Assembly: GCA_964016885.1 (NCBI GenBank)
Contig: OZ024741.1
Coordinates: 314,526,001-314,590,000, forward strand
Length of the DNA stretch: 64,000 nt
Source: Eledone cirrhosa
Taxonomy: Eukaryota
Direction of reading: 5' to 3'
Position numbers and translations under genes: made by a program. Every line of letters begins with the position of its first letter. Within the stretch, counting starts at the first letter, position 1. Shown here piece by piece: positions 41,966-55,740 of this stretch. Under the pieces are notes generated by a model. That model was not told the DNA's origin. It ran no database searches and worked only from the letters and a program-made list of their open reading frames with translations.

Positions 41966-44151
41966 GCAGGCGTGATAAGATACCAAGCGGAGTTCTGTTC
42001 TAGCTGTCAAAGTGAGCGGTGCTCAGACGCCGTACCCCTAACACTTTTCATATATATATATATATATATAAACATATTCAAGACACCTAACGGCAGAGCT
42101 CCACCATAGTACAGAGAATGGGACCCTGTCAAGATGTTCTCCCTGTCTTAAAAATCTAGATACAATGGCTTACACTTTGCTATGTACATCTCAAGCAGTC
42201 GTAGCACTATAAAGGGAGAATCAATGGCACTCTTCTTCTTCTTGCTAATATGGTAGTGGGTGGGGGAACCATTCCTTCCAGTGGGTTTGTCAGAAGCAAC
42301 CGTCTCCAGATAATCCGGCTGGATCCCTAGTCTAGACCAGATCTGCTCATGGATGTTATGCAACCATCTTGCACTTTCTCTCTCGCTGGGCTTCCTTCCG
42401 GGTGCGTTTACCCGAAAATCTTTGTATCGATTTTTTCGCAAGACATTTTAAACGCATGGATATAGTATCGTATCTGTAATCTCTCAATTCGGAGAGGAAG
42501 CGACACTCCCTGGAAGGAAACCAGATCTCCAAGCTACGCACCCTACTGAGTAACGTTACAGAAAATGCCCTTTGGAGGAACCCTATTTCTGACGCTTGTA
42601 TTCACGATCATATTCGTTTGATCATTACCCAAGATTCATGACCATAATGCGTGTGTACACGAATACCGTACTGAAGATAACCAGTTTGGATTTTTCACCT
42701 ATATCCCTTCTTCCGCATTACAGCACCAGCTCCTGCAATTCTTGCGCACTTAATACAGCCCCATGCGTTCCATCACTTGGTAACATTGCCTCAACATACT
42801 TGAATTTCTCCACTTTTTTAAGTGGAACTCCATTCATATATAGATTGCACGGCACAAGGATACCTTGAGACGACGAGTGTCTCAGTTTTCGCAGCATTGA
42901 TTTTCATTCCAGCCATGCAGCACTCGACATCAAACCTACAGAGTGCAATTCGGTGATTTTCTTCTTCGGAGTTAAGGAATACCGCGTCGTCTGAAAATTC
43001 TAGCCGACTGATTTTACACTTGCCAGTCATGATACAACTTCTAGCCCGACTGCCCATGTCAATCATTTTCATATAAATAATGAACACGATAGATGAAAAA
43101 CGCACTCTCAGATTGAATGGTTTCCATTTAGCACCATTTATCCAGTGGTAGCATAAATTCAAACGTCATCTTATCTACTTTGAATGTCTCTCGAATTAAT
43201 CATGCTATAACATTTTCAACAAATTTCATAACATGGTCCATCAACTTGATACTTCCGTACTTAAGTTCTCTAGTGCATCTTCATATTCCTTGTAGACGAT
43301 GACGATAACTTTGCTGCTCCAGTCATTGGGTATGACACCTTTCTTGTACTACTTGATTAACTATATGTCCGAGTAGCACATATCCTACAATGCCAGGTGC
43401 TTTTAGCCTCTCAACAAATATACCAGATGGTCCAGTGGCCTTCTCTAGATTCATGACCCTAATTGATTTATCTATCTCATTGCTGTCAACTTCTTAGCTG
43501 ATCCTTTAGTCAGATATACATGTGGTAAGCCCTTACTGTCCCATTTATTCTCTTCGTTCAGTAGTCTCTCATATTAAGTACTTCTTTTCAGTATAAGACA
43601 AGGTGGATGTTCCACTGCCATTTCGACCATTTCACGATTTTCTCTAGCACACTCTCTTGCAATCCTTTATACATCCTTCAACTGATCTTCGCGACGAAGA
43701 ACATGAGAAACTGTTTTTCTCCCTCTGCCCTTGCTAGGTATACCTAATTAAACCTAGTTAAGCAGATAATGGAGGTAAGGGTGGGTAGGAAGACTTGACA
43801 AAAGAAAGACAGGCGTCAAGCTCTTCATGTTAGAAAGAAGTGGCGCAGATAGAATACTCAATATAACGGCCGTATAACTCAGGGGTCGGTGCAGTATACT
43901 GGGAGAAAATTTGATCTTCGTCGTAGCTGACGAACAAGTCGGCGTATTTCGTGTACATGCAATTTACCATGGCTATCCCAGTAATGTGTCGGTAATACTT
44001 CCTCGAAATTGTTGAGGTTGAGAACAACTGATTCTTTTATCACCACTTTAATCTTATAATTATTGATATGGTATATATAATTGATATCTCATTTATAACT
44101 GTATTTAATTAATGGTATATTCAACATTGTCATGTATATTGATATTTTCAG

Positions 44152-44286
44152 AATGCCCAGCAGGAAAGTATGGTGTGTCTTGTCGGTTGACATGCCATTG
44201 TTTCAACAACACTAAGTGTGAAAAAGTAACTGGAAACTGTCCAGCTGGATGTGCTGCAGGTTTTATGGGTAGCAGCTGCGACGAAG
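44152..44286 (+). CDS. Internal coding exon, EGF-like module copy 7
   Basis: AG/GT bounded, 135 bp, phase 1-1; consensus with S>P (GNCPAG). Confidence 0.9.
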
Positions 44287-46834
44287 GTATTTCTTAAAGA
44301 TACTACGTATTTACAATATATATATATATATATAATTGTTTCTACTTTAGGCACAAGGCCAGCAATTACCCAGTGCATTATTGGTACTTTATTTTATAGA
44401 CCCCGTAAGGATGAAAGGCAAAGACAACCTCGGCGGGATATGAACTCAGATCGTAAAGGGACGTAACTATGCTGGAAAGCATGGCATCCAACCCTCTACC
44501 GATACTGCTAATATATATAATAACTACTAATTAGTGAGATGTTTAAATTATAGTAACAAGTTTTGAAAGGGGATCAATATTACAGATAAATTATCCATTT
44601 ATTGAACGTACAGTAGAACGGAGGGTAAATTACAGTATGAAATGTCGTAATTAGGCAAATTATTAGTTAATATCTTCTTCTATCATATGAATCAAAACAA
44701 AACAAAATGTTCTTCATCCTCAGTCTATACTGATTAATGTTCAGAGCGATCCTTAGCATTCTCGTGTAGCGCCCATCCACCATCTGAGTAAGTTTCTTGG
44801 TGAATGTCCCAGTCTCAGACCCATACAGCAGCACAGACTCCCCTACAGCAACGAAGAGACGGGTCTTCAGCTCTTTACGAAGGTCCGACTTCCACACCGA
44901 TCTGTGGCACGCCGCCCACCCTTTTCTCTTCCTCTCGATCACATCATCTTCTGTATTCCCAGTCTTTGCTCCCAGATACAGGACGTCCTCAACTAATTCT
45001 AGCGGCTTCCCGCCTACATTAGTAATCTTCTCTGGCTTCTTAATATTCTCTACCATATACTTCATCTTAATCTCATTCATTCAAAGCCCCATATTCATCG
45101 ATACAGTCTCCACCTCCTGCATCAAATCCTCTGCCTCCTTCACTGTGTTTGTCACCAGAACTATGTCATCGACAAATTCAGCATCCGATATCTTTTTCGC
45201 CTTAACTCTGCTCTTCTGACCCAATGTTACAGTAAAAAGCAAGTGAGCTAATCCGGAGGAGACAAAAGTGAGTAGTTATGCAGACTTCTAGCCAGTATAG
45301 AAAAGGTTAATGTGCTCAAAGCATATAGGTTGTTAGACTAGCGAACCATGCGATTAAATGTAATGAGAGATAGCTTAACAATTGTATAATAAGCAGAGTA
45401 AAAACCATTTTTAAAATGCTGGAGGGAATAACAAAGATTTATGAATACATGTATATATTTAATGGCTGACAAGCATGGCAGTGTAAAAACCTCATAACAG
45501 CCATTTTGTGTGGCTGCTATCACTTCCTTTCACTTCAAACCTTTTATTAACAATATTCCACATTTAAAGAAGTTTTTTCACTTCGGTGATATAATTCAAT
45601 TTATGAATTAATATGATATGAAGAATATTTTTGTAGGCTCTGATGGCTCTAGCTCCCACATTTTGCCACCGATTTCGTTCAAGTTTTATAGCAAAATAGA
45701 ATTTATCATTGCACATCCTGTAATGGCTTAATACTTTGCATTTGTTGTTCAGGGACGACGTGGCAGCCGCTTATATTTTCAAAATATACCACTTTTAGAC
45801 TCAAATTTCCACTTTTTCGGTGGGTTCTGCTGCTAGTATATATATAAATTTACAGTATCGTGAGAGAGGATAGAGAGATGAGGTAAAAGGAAACAATACA
45901 GAGGATTATTTGCCAAAAGCGGGTGCAAATGTGCTCCATGCTTAGGTAAGCAAGGTTAAACATTAGAGGCGTTAATATTTAGTGTACGAAGTTAAGCAGA
46001 GCATTTATAATCGAAAATATTAATGAAACAGAAGCAAGCCGTTAAAACACATTTATAAATAACCTAAAAACATTTGTATTAACATCATTATTTTAATTTT
46101 TATTTGTATTTAAATCATTTATTATCTTATATATACACACCTTTCACCATTTGTATTTGTATTTCACCACTTAAACATATTTTATCTGGATCATTTTATC
46201 CTATAATATAATACATCTCGAACTAGCTATTTTACATAGTAATGTATATTCGTCCGTATGTTTATTTTCTATTCTTTCTTCTTCATATCCCAATATTCAT
46301 GATTAATTTCTATCCCCTTCTGCCTCCTCATCACTCTTAATCTTCCTCTATTTCTTCTCATCTTCCTTACTTATCCTTCCTCTTTGCCTATGCTATATCC
46401 CCACCCTTTTATCTTTCTATATATATCTTTATTATTATTAATATTATATTTATTTTGATGTGATAGTTTGATTTAGTAACTTTGCCGGTTATACATTTAA
46501 CTATATCTTCGTTCCTTCTTTCGTCATTTTCTTTCTTTCTCTCTCATTTCCATCTATACGCCTTCCTTTATTTATTTATCATTAATACTATTATTGATGT
46601 AGAAATTTGAATTTTCAAGTTTACCGTTACGCATATATTTTATATTAGTTAATTGTTTCTAATGAAATGATTGAATTTAGATGTATGGTAAATTGAGTTA
46701 TACTGTCTCCAGTATTTAGCAATTTATAGACAATTCTATCATGGAAACAATTGTAAGATTATAAATAAATATCCATGTTTGTACTGTCAACCATGTTATA
46801 CTTAACTGTTTTATACATATATATATACATATAC

Positions 46835-46873
<39 letters not shown>

Positions 46874-47459
46874 ACGCCGTAGTTTGACTAAAGAAATTAA
46901 AGAAATTATTTAACCTGATAATGGGGTTAAGAACCCTCGGAGAAATGGAAAAAGATGACTATTGACATACATGGGAGTTGAACCCACATCTTTGGTTACC
47001 CGGACCACTGTGAAACCATTTACACCCACACATCAAATAAATATAATATTAATAATATCAGGCTAAATAATTTCTTTAATTTCTTTCGTCAAAATACAGC
47101 GATAGCTTACATTTCTAATAATTTCAAACCCACTCGCTGCTCCGAAATTATTCTTACTTGACATTACAGTCGCTAAGTTTATAGCTTCTAATTTGAATGG
47201 AAAAAGACGGGTGATGTGTTGGTGTAAATGGTAGCACAGTGGTCCGGATAACCAAAGATGTGGGTTCGACTCCCATGTATGTCAGTACTCATCTTTTTCC
47301 ATTTCTCCGAGGGTTCTTAACCCCACTATCTGGCTAAATAATTTCTTTAATTTATTTAGTCAAAATACGGCGATAACTTACATTTCTAATAATTTCATCC
47401 ACACTCGCTGTTCCTAAAATATTCTTACTATATATATACATATATATGTATATATAAAC

Positions 47460-47490
<31 letters not shown>

Positions 47491-47531
47491 AGTATATATA
47501 TATATATATACATATATATGTATATATAAAC

Positions 47532-47568
<37 letters not shown>

Positions 47569-48272
47569 AGTATATATATATATATATATATATGTACATG
47601 TATATCACGAAAGTAATCACCAAAGTAATTACCAAAGTAAACGTACAGAAAATATAAATAAACTCAAACAATCGGATACAACTTTGTCAACGCTGATGAA
47701 ACCAATAACCTATACAACATGTATAAACAAGAATCACCGAAATCATAAATAGGGTGTTAAGTAAGAAATGTAAAAAGAGACTTTAAAGTGAAATCTGGAT
47801 GAGGCAATTGAAGACATGAATTAGATAGTAACTAGACTTCAGAAACGCGGATAACACTGAGGGTTACAAACCGAATTACAACACTAATGTCACAGTCAGA
47901 CATATTGCAATTCAGGCCGGTCATCGAAGTAATAAGAAAAATTCTAATTAGTGTCTTCGCCAACGAAGACTCTAATTAGATATAATAAGGACCTATGAAC
48001 GGGAAAATATTGTTCGTACAGTTTCTATATTACAATGGGATCCAGTGACTCAGAGCAGGTGACCGATCACGTGAGATATGTGAAGAAGTGTTTCTGGGTC
48101 TCAGCGGAGGATTATATCATGATGATGCCCTATGTATCCCATTCATACATAAACAGACAGATTAGCGAGGATGAAGAAGTAAATATCTTAAATTTTCAAG
48201 TACATAAGACAAGAAGTCGCAATCTACAGTAAACATTAAAAATCTTATATATCAATTCAATTCTTCGACATT

Positions 48273-48308
<36 letters not shown>

Positions 48309-48815
48309 ATTTTTTTCATGGTCGTTTTGCAAGCCTCAACAATGCAGATGGGTAAATCTCCGGGTAACAAAATCCGGTGGTGGAGAGAGAGATGTAAGGG
48401 AATGGAGAATGAGATGTACAGGGTGTAGTGGAACGTTGGAAGGAGCGTAAAAAAAGAAAATAATAACACGGGAGAGATTTAATTGTCCCAATATTTCGGA
48501 TGCGCATCCATCAACTGGGGAGTTTTCCGGGGGGAAAGTTATCTGTCGGAGAGGAACAGTATGTGGCCTCTGTTGTCCGCTGTTTGTTTGTAACTGAGGT
48601 ATTCTGAAGAGCGCACTTGCGCGCGGAATAGGTGCGGTCAAGCAAAGATCAAAGCACCTCCTTTTTTATTGTGGGAGTGGGATAGCAATACACTTTATGG
48701 TTAATTAAAAGCATTTTGAAGACCTTGCGCTATTGATTTAAAGTAGTGACTATGTCACTTACTTCTATGCTTTTAATTAAGCATACAGTTTATTGCAAAA
48801 TACACTATATATACA

Positions 48816-48901
<86 letters not shown>

Positions 48902-48993
48902 GAAGGTGTGATAAGACACCAAGCGGAGTTCTGTTCTAGCTCTCAAAGTGAGCGGTGCTCAGACGTCGTACCCCTAACACTTTTCATATATAT

Positions 48994-49052
<59 letters not shown>

Positions 49053-51048
49053 CATATTCAAAACCCCTGACTGCTGAGCTCCACCATAGTACAGAGAATG
49101 GGACCCTGTCAAGATGTTCTCCCTATCTTAAAAATCTAGATACAATGGCTTACACTTTGCTATGTACCTCTCAAGCAGTCGTCGCACTATAAATGGAGAA
49201 TCAATGGCACTCTTCTTCTTCTTCTTCTTCTTGCTAAAATGGTAGTGGGTGGGGGAACCATTCCTTCCAGTGGGTTTGTCAGAAGCAACCGTCTCCAAAT
49301 AATCCGGCTGGATCCCTAATCTAGACCAGATCTGCTCATGGATGTTATGCAACCATCTTGCACGGTCTCTCTCGCGGGGCTTCCTTCCGGGTGCGTTTAC
49401 CCGTAAAATCTTTGTATCGATTTTTTCGCGAGACATTTTAAACGCATGGATATAGTATCGTATCTGTAATCTCTCAATTCGGAGAAGAAGCGACACTCCC
49501 TGGAAGGAAACCAGATCTCCAAGCTACGCACCCTACTGAGTAACGTTACTGAAAATACCCTTTGGAGGAACCCTATTTCTGACGCTTGTATTCACGATCT
49601 TATTCGTTTGATCATTTCCCAAGATTCATGACCATAATGCGTGTGTACACGAATACCGTACTGAAGATAACCAGTTTGGATTTTTCACCTACATCCCTTC
49701 TTCCGCATTACAGCACCAGCTCCTGCAATTCTTGCGCACTTAATTCGGCCCCATGCTTTAATTTTTCCACCTGTTTAAGTGGAACTCCATTGATATATAG
49801 ATTGCACGGCACAAGGATACCTTGAGACGACGAGTGTCTCAGTTTTCGTAGCATTGATTTTCACTCCAGCCATCCAGAACTCGACATCAAACCTACAGAG
49901 TGCAATTCGGTGATTTTCTTCTTCGGAGTTAAGGAATACCGCGTCGTCTGAAAATTCTAGCCGACTGATTTTACACTTGCCAGTCATGATACAACTTCTA
50001 GCCCGACTGCCCATGTCAATCATTTTCATATAAATAATGAACACGATAGATGAAAAACGCACTCCCAGATTGATGGTTTCCATTTAGCACCATTTATCCA
50101 GTGGTAGCATCAATTCAAACGTCATCTTATCTACTTTGATTATCTCTCGAATTAATCATGCTATAACATTTTCAACAAATTTCATAACATGGTCCATCAA
50201 CTTGATACTTCCGTACTTATTTTCTCTAGTGCATCTTCATATTCCTTGTAGACGATGACGATAACTATGATGTTCCAGTCATTGTGTATGGCACCTTTCT
50301 TGTACTACTTGATTAACTATATGTCCGAGTAGCACATATCCTACAATGCCAGGTGCTTTTAGCCTCTCAACAAATATACCAGATGGTCCAGTGGCCTTCT
50401 CTAGATTCATGTCCCTAATTGATTTATCTATCTCATTGCTGTCAACTTCTTGGCTGATCCCTTAGTCAGATATACATGTGGTAAGCCCTTACTGTCCCAT
50501 TTATTCTCTTCGTTCAGTAGTCTCTCATAGTAAGTACTTCTTTTCGGTATAAGACAAGGTGGGTGTTCCACTACCATTTCGACCATTTCACGACTTTCTC
50601 TAGCACATTCTCTAGCTCCCTCTGCCCTTGCTAGGTATACCTAATTAAACCTAGTTAAGGAGATAATGGTAGTAAGGGTGGGTAGGAAGACTTGACAAAA
50701 GAAAGACAGGCGTCAAGCTCTTCATGTTAGAAAGAAGTGGCGCAGATAGAATACTCAATGTAACGGCCGTATAACTCAGTGGTAGGTGGAGTATACTGAG
50801 AGAAAATTTGATCTTCGTCGTAGCTGACGAACAAGTCGGCGTATTTCGTGCACATACAATTTACCATGGCTATCCCAGTAATTTGTCGGTAATACTTCCT
50901 CGAAATTGTTGAGGTTGAGAACAACTGATTCTTTTATCACCACTTTAATCTTATAATTATTGATATGGTATATATAATTGATATCTCATTTATAACTGTA
51001 TTTAATTAATGGTATATTCAACATTGTCATGTATATTGATATTTTCAG

Positions 51049-51183
51049 AATGCCCAGCAGGAAAGTATGGTGTGTCTTGTCGGTTGACATGCCATTGTTT
51101 CAACAACACTAAGTGTGAAAAAGTAACTGGAAACTGTTCAGCTGGATGTGCTGCAGGTTTTATGGGTAGCAGCTGCAACGAAG
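51049..51183 (+). CDS. Internal coding exon, EGF-like module copy 8
   Basis: AG/GT bounded, 135 bp, phase 1-1; consensus with D>N (SSCNE). Confidence 0.9.
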
Positions 51184-51209
51184 GTATTTCTTAAAGATAC
51201 TACGTATTT

Positions 51210-51309
<100 letters not shown>

Positions 51310-53811
51310 TGTTTCTACTTTAGGCACAAGGCCAGCAATTACCCAGTGCATTATTTGTACTTTATTTTATAGACCCCGTAAGGATGAAAGGCAAAGACAA
51401 CCTCGGCGGGATAGGAACTCAGATCGTAAAGGGACGTAACTATGCTGGAAAGCATTGCATCCGACCCTCTACCGATACTGCTAATATATATAATAACTAC
51501 TAAATAGGGAGATGTTTAAATTATAGTAACAAGTTTTGAAAGGGGATCAATATTACAGATAAATTATCCATTTATTGAACGTACAGTAGAACGGAGGGTA
51601 AATTACAGTATGAAATGTCGTAATTAGGCAAATTATTAGTTAATATCTTCTTCTATCATATGAATCAAAACAAAACAAAAGGTTGTTCATCCTCAGTCTA
51701 TACTGATTAATGTTCAGAGCGATCCTTAGCATTCTCGTGTAGCGCCCATCCACCATCTGAGTAAGTTTCTTGGTGAGTGTCCCAGTCTCAGACCCATACA
51801 GAAGCACAGACTCCCCTACAGCAACGAAGAGACGGGTCTTCAGCTCTTTACGAAGGTCCGACTTCCACACCGATCTGTGGCACGACGCCCACGCTTTTCT
51901 CTTCCTCTCGATCACATCATCTTCTGTATTCCCAGTCTTTGCTCCCAGATACAGGACGTCCTCAACTAATTCTAGCGGCTTCCCGCCTATAATAGTAATC
52001 TTCTCTGGCTTCTTAATATGCTCTACCATATACTTCATCTTAATCTCATTCATTCAAAGCCCCATATTCATCGATACAGTCTCCACCTCCTGCATCAAAT
52101 CCTCTGCCTCCTTCACTGTGTTTGTCACCAGAACAATGTCATCGACAAATTCAGCATCCGATATCTTTTTCGCCTTAACTCTGCTCTTCTGACCCAATGT
52201 TACAGTAAAATGCAAGTGAGCTAGTCCGGAGGAGACAAAAGTGAGTAGTTATGCAGACTTCTAGCCAGTATAGAAAAGGTTAATGTGCTCAATGCATATA
52301 GGTTGTTAGACTAGCGAACCATGCGATTAAATGTAATGAGAGATAGCTTAACAATTGTATAATAAGCAGAGTAAAAACCGTTTTTAAAATGCTGGAGGGA
52401 ATAACAAAGATTTATGAATACATGTATATATTTAATGGCTGACAAGCATGGCAGTGTAAAAACCTCATAACAGCCATTTTGTGTGGCTGCTATCACTTCC
52501 TTTCACTTCCAACCTTTTACTAACAATATTCCACATTTAAAGAAGTTTTTTCACTTCGGTGATATAATTCAATTTATGAATTAATATGATATGAAGAATA
52601 TTTTTGTAGGCTCTGATGGCTCTAGCTCCCACATTTTGAAACCGATTTCGTTCAAATTTTATAGCAAAATAGAATTTATCATTGCACATCCTGTAATGGC
52701 TTAATACTTTGCATTTGTTGTTCAGGGACGACGTGGCAGCCGCTTATATTTTCAAAATATACCACTTTTAGACTCAAATTTCCACTTTTTCGGTGGGTAC
52801 TGCTGCTAGTATATATATAAATTTACAGTATCGTGAGAGAGGATAGAGAGATGAGGTAAAAGGAAACAATACAGAGGATTATTTGCCAAAAGCGGGTGCA
52901 AATGTGCTCCATGCTTAGGTAAGCAAGGTTAAACATTAGAGGCGTTAATATTTAGTGTACGAAGTTAAGCAGAGCATTTATAATCGAAAATATTAATGAA
53001 ACAGAAGCAAGCCGTTAAAACACATTTATAAATAACCTAAAAACATTTGTATTAACATCATTATTTTAATTTTTATTTGTATTTAAATCATTTATTATCT
53101 TATATACACACACCTTTCACCATTTGTATTTGTATTTCACCACTTAAACATATTTTATCTGGATCATTTTATCCTATAATATAATACATCTCGAACTAGC
53201 TATTTTACATAGTAATGTATATTCGTCCTTATGTTTATTTTCTATTCTTTCTTCTTCATATCCCAATATTCATGATTAATTTCTATCCCCTTCTGCCTCC
53301 TCATCCCTCTTAATCTTCCTCTATTTCTTCTCATCTTCCTTACTTATCCTTCCTCTTTGCCTATGCTATATCCCCACCCTTTTATCTTTCTATATATATC
53401 TTTATTATTATTAATATTATATTTATTTTGATGTGATAGTTTGATTTAGTAACTTTGCCGGTTATACATTTAACTATATCTTCGTTCCTTCTGTCGTCAT
53501 TTTCTTTCTTTCTCTCTCATTTCCATCTGTACGCCTTCCTTTATTTATTTATCATTAATACTATTATTGATGTAGAAATTTGAATTTTCAAGTTTACCGT
53601 TACGCATATATTTTATATTAGTTAATAGTTTCTGATGAAATGATTGAATTTAGATGTATGGTAAATTGAGTTATACTGTCTCCAGTTTTTAGCAATTTAT
53701 AGACAATTCTATCATGGAAACAATTGTAAGATTATAAATAAATATCCATGTTTGTACTGTCAACCATGTTATACTTAACTGTTTTATACATATATATATA
53801 TATACATATAC

Positions 53812-53859
<48 letters not shown>

Positions 53860-55174
53860 CCGTATTTTGACTAAAGAAATTAAAGAAATTATTTAACCTG
53901 ATAATGGGGTTAAGAACCCTCGGAAAAATGAAAAAAGATGACTATTGACATACATGGGAGTTGAACCCACATCTTTGGTTATCCGGACCACTGTGAAACC
54001 ATTTACACCAACACATCAAATAAATATAATATTAATAATATCAGGCTAAATAATTTCTTTAATTTCTTTCGTCAAAATACAGCGAAAGCTTACATTTCTA
54101 ATAATTTCAAACCCACTCGCTGCTCCGAAATTATTCTTACTTGACATTACAGTCGCTAAGTTTATAGCTTCTAATTTGAATTGAAAAAGACGGGTGATGT
54201 GTTGGTGTAAATGGTAGCACAGTGGTCCGGATAACCAAAGATGTGGGTTCGACTCCCAAGTACGTCAGTACTCATCTTTTTCCATTTCTCCGAGGGTTCT
54301 TAACCCCACTACCTGGCTAAATAATTTCTTTAATTTATTTAGTCAAAATACGGCGATAGCCTACATTTCTAATAATTTCATCCACACTCGCTGTTCCGAA
54401 AATATTCTTACTATATATATACATATATATGTATATATAAACATATATATATATATATATATATATAAGTATATATATACATATATATATATATGTACAT
54501 GTATATCACGAAAGTAATCACCAAAGTAATTACCAAAGGAAACGTACAGAAAATATAAATAAACTGAAACAATCGGATACAACTTTGTCAACGCTGATGA
54601 AACCAATAACATATACAACATGGATAAACAAGAATCACCGAAATCATAAATAGGGAGTTAAGTAAGAAATGTAAAAAGAGACTTTAAAGTGAAATCTGGA
54701 TGAGGCAATTGAAGACATGAATTAGATAGTAACTAGACGTCAGAAACGCGGATATCACTGAGGGTTACAAACCGAATTACAACACTAATGTCACAGTCAG
54801 ACATATTGCAATTCAGGCCGGTCATCGAAGTAATAAGAAAAATTCTAATTAGTGTCTTCGCCAACGAAGACTCTAATTAGCTATAATAAGGACCTATGAA
54901 CGGGAAAATATTGTTCGTACAGTTTCTATATTACAATGGGATCCAGTGACTCAGAGCAGGTGACCGATCACGTGAGATATGTGAAGAAGTGTTTTCTGGG
55001 TCTCAGCGGAGGATTATATCATGATGATGCCCTATGTATCCCACTCATACATAAACAGACAGATTAGCGAGGATGAAGAAGTAAATATCTTAAATTTTCA
55101 AGAACATAAGACAAGAAGTCGCAATCTACAGTAAACATTAAAAATCTTATATATCAATTCAATTCTTCGACATT

Positions 55175-55218
<44 letters not shown>

Positions 55219-55740
55219 ATTTCTTTCATGGTCGTTTTGCAAGCCTCAACAATGCAGATGGGTAAATCTCCGGGTAACAAAATCCGGTGGTGGAGAGAGA
55301 GATGTAAGGGAATGGAGAATGAGATGTACAGGGTGTAGTGGAACGTTGGAAGGAGCGTAAAAAAGGGAAATAATAACACGGGAGAGATTTAATTGTCCCA
55401 ATATTTCGGATGCGCATCCATCAACTGGGGAGTTTTCCGGGGGGAAAGTTATCTGTCGGAGAGGAACAGTATGTGGCCTCTGTTGTCCGTTGTTTGTTTG
55501 TAACTGAGGTATTCTGAAGAGCGCACTTGCGCGCGGAATAGGTGCGGTCAAGCAAAGATCAAAGCACCTCCTTTTTTATTGTGGGAGTGGGATAGCAATA
55601 CACTTTATGGTTAATTAAAAGCATTTTGAAGACCTTGCGCTATTGATTTAAAGTAGTGACTATGTCACTTACTTCTATGCTTTTAATTAAGCATACAGTT
55701 TATTGCAAAATACACTATATATACATTCATATATATATAT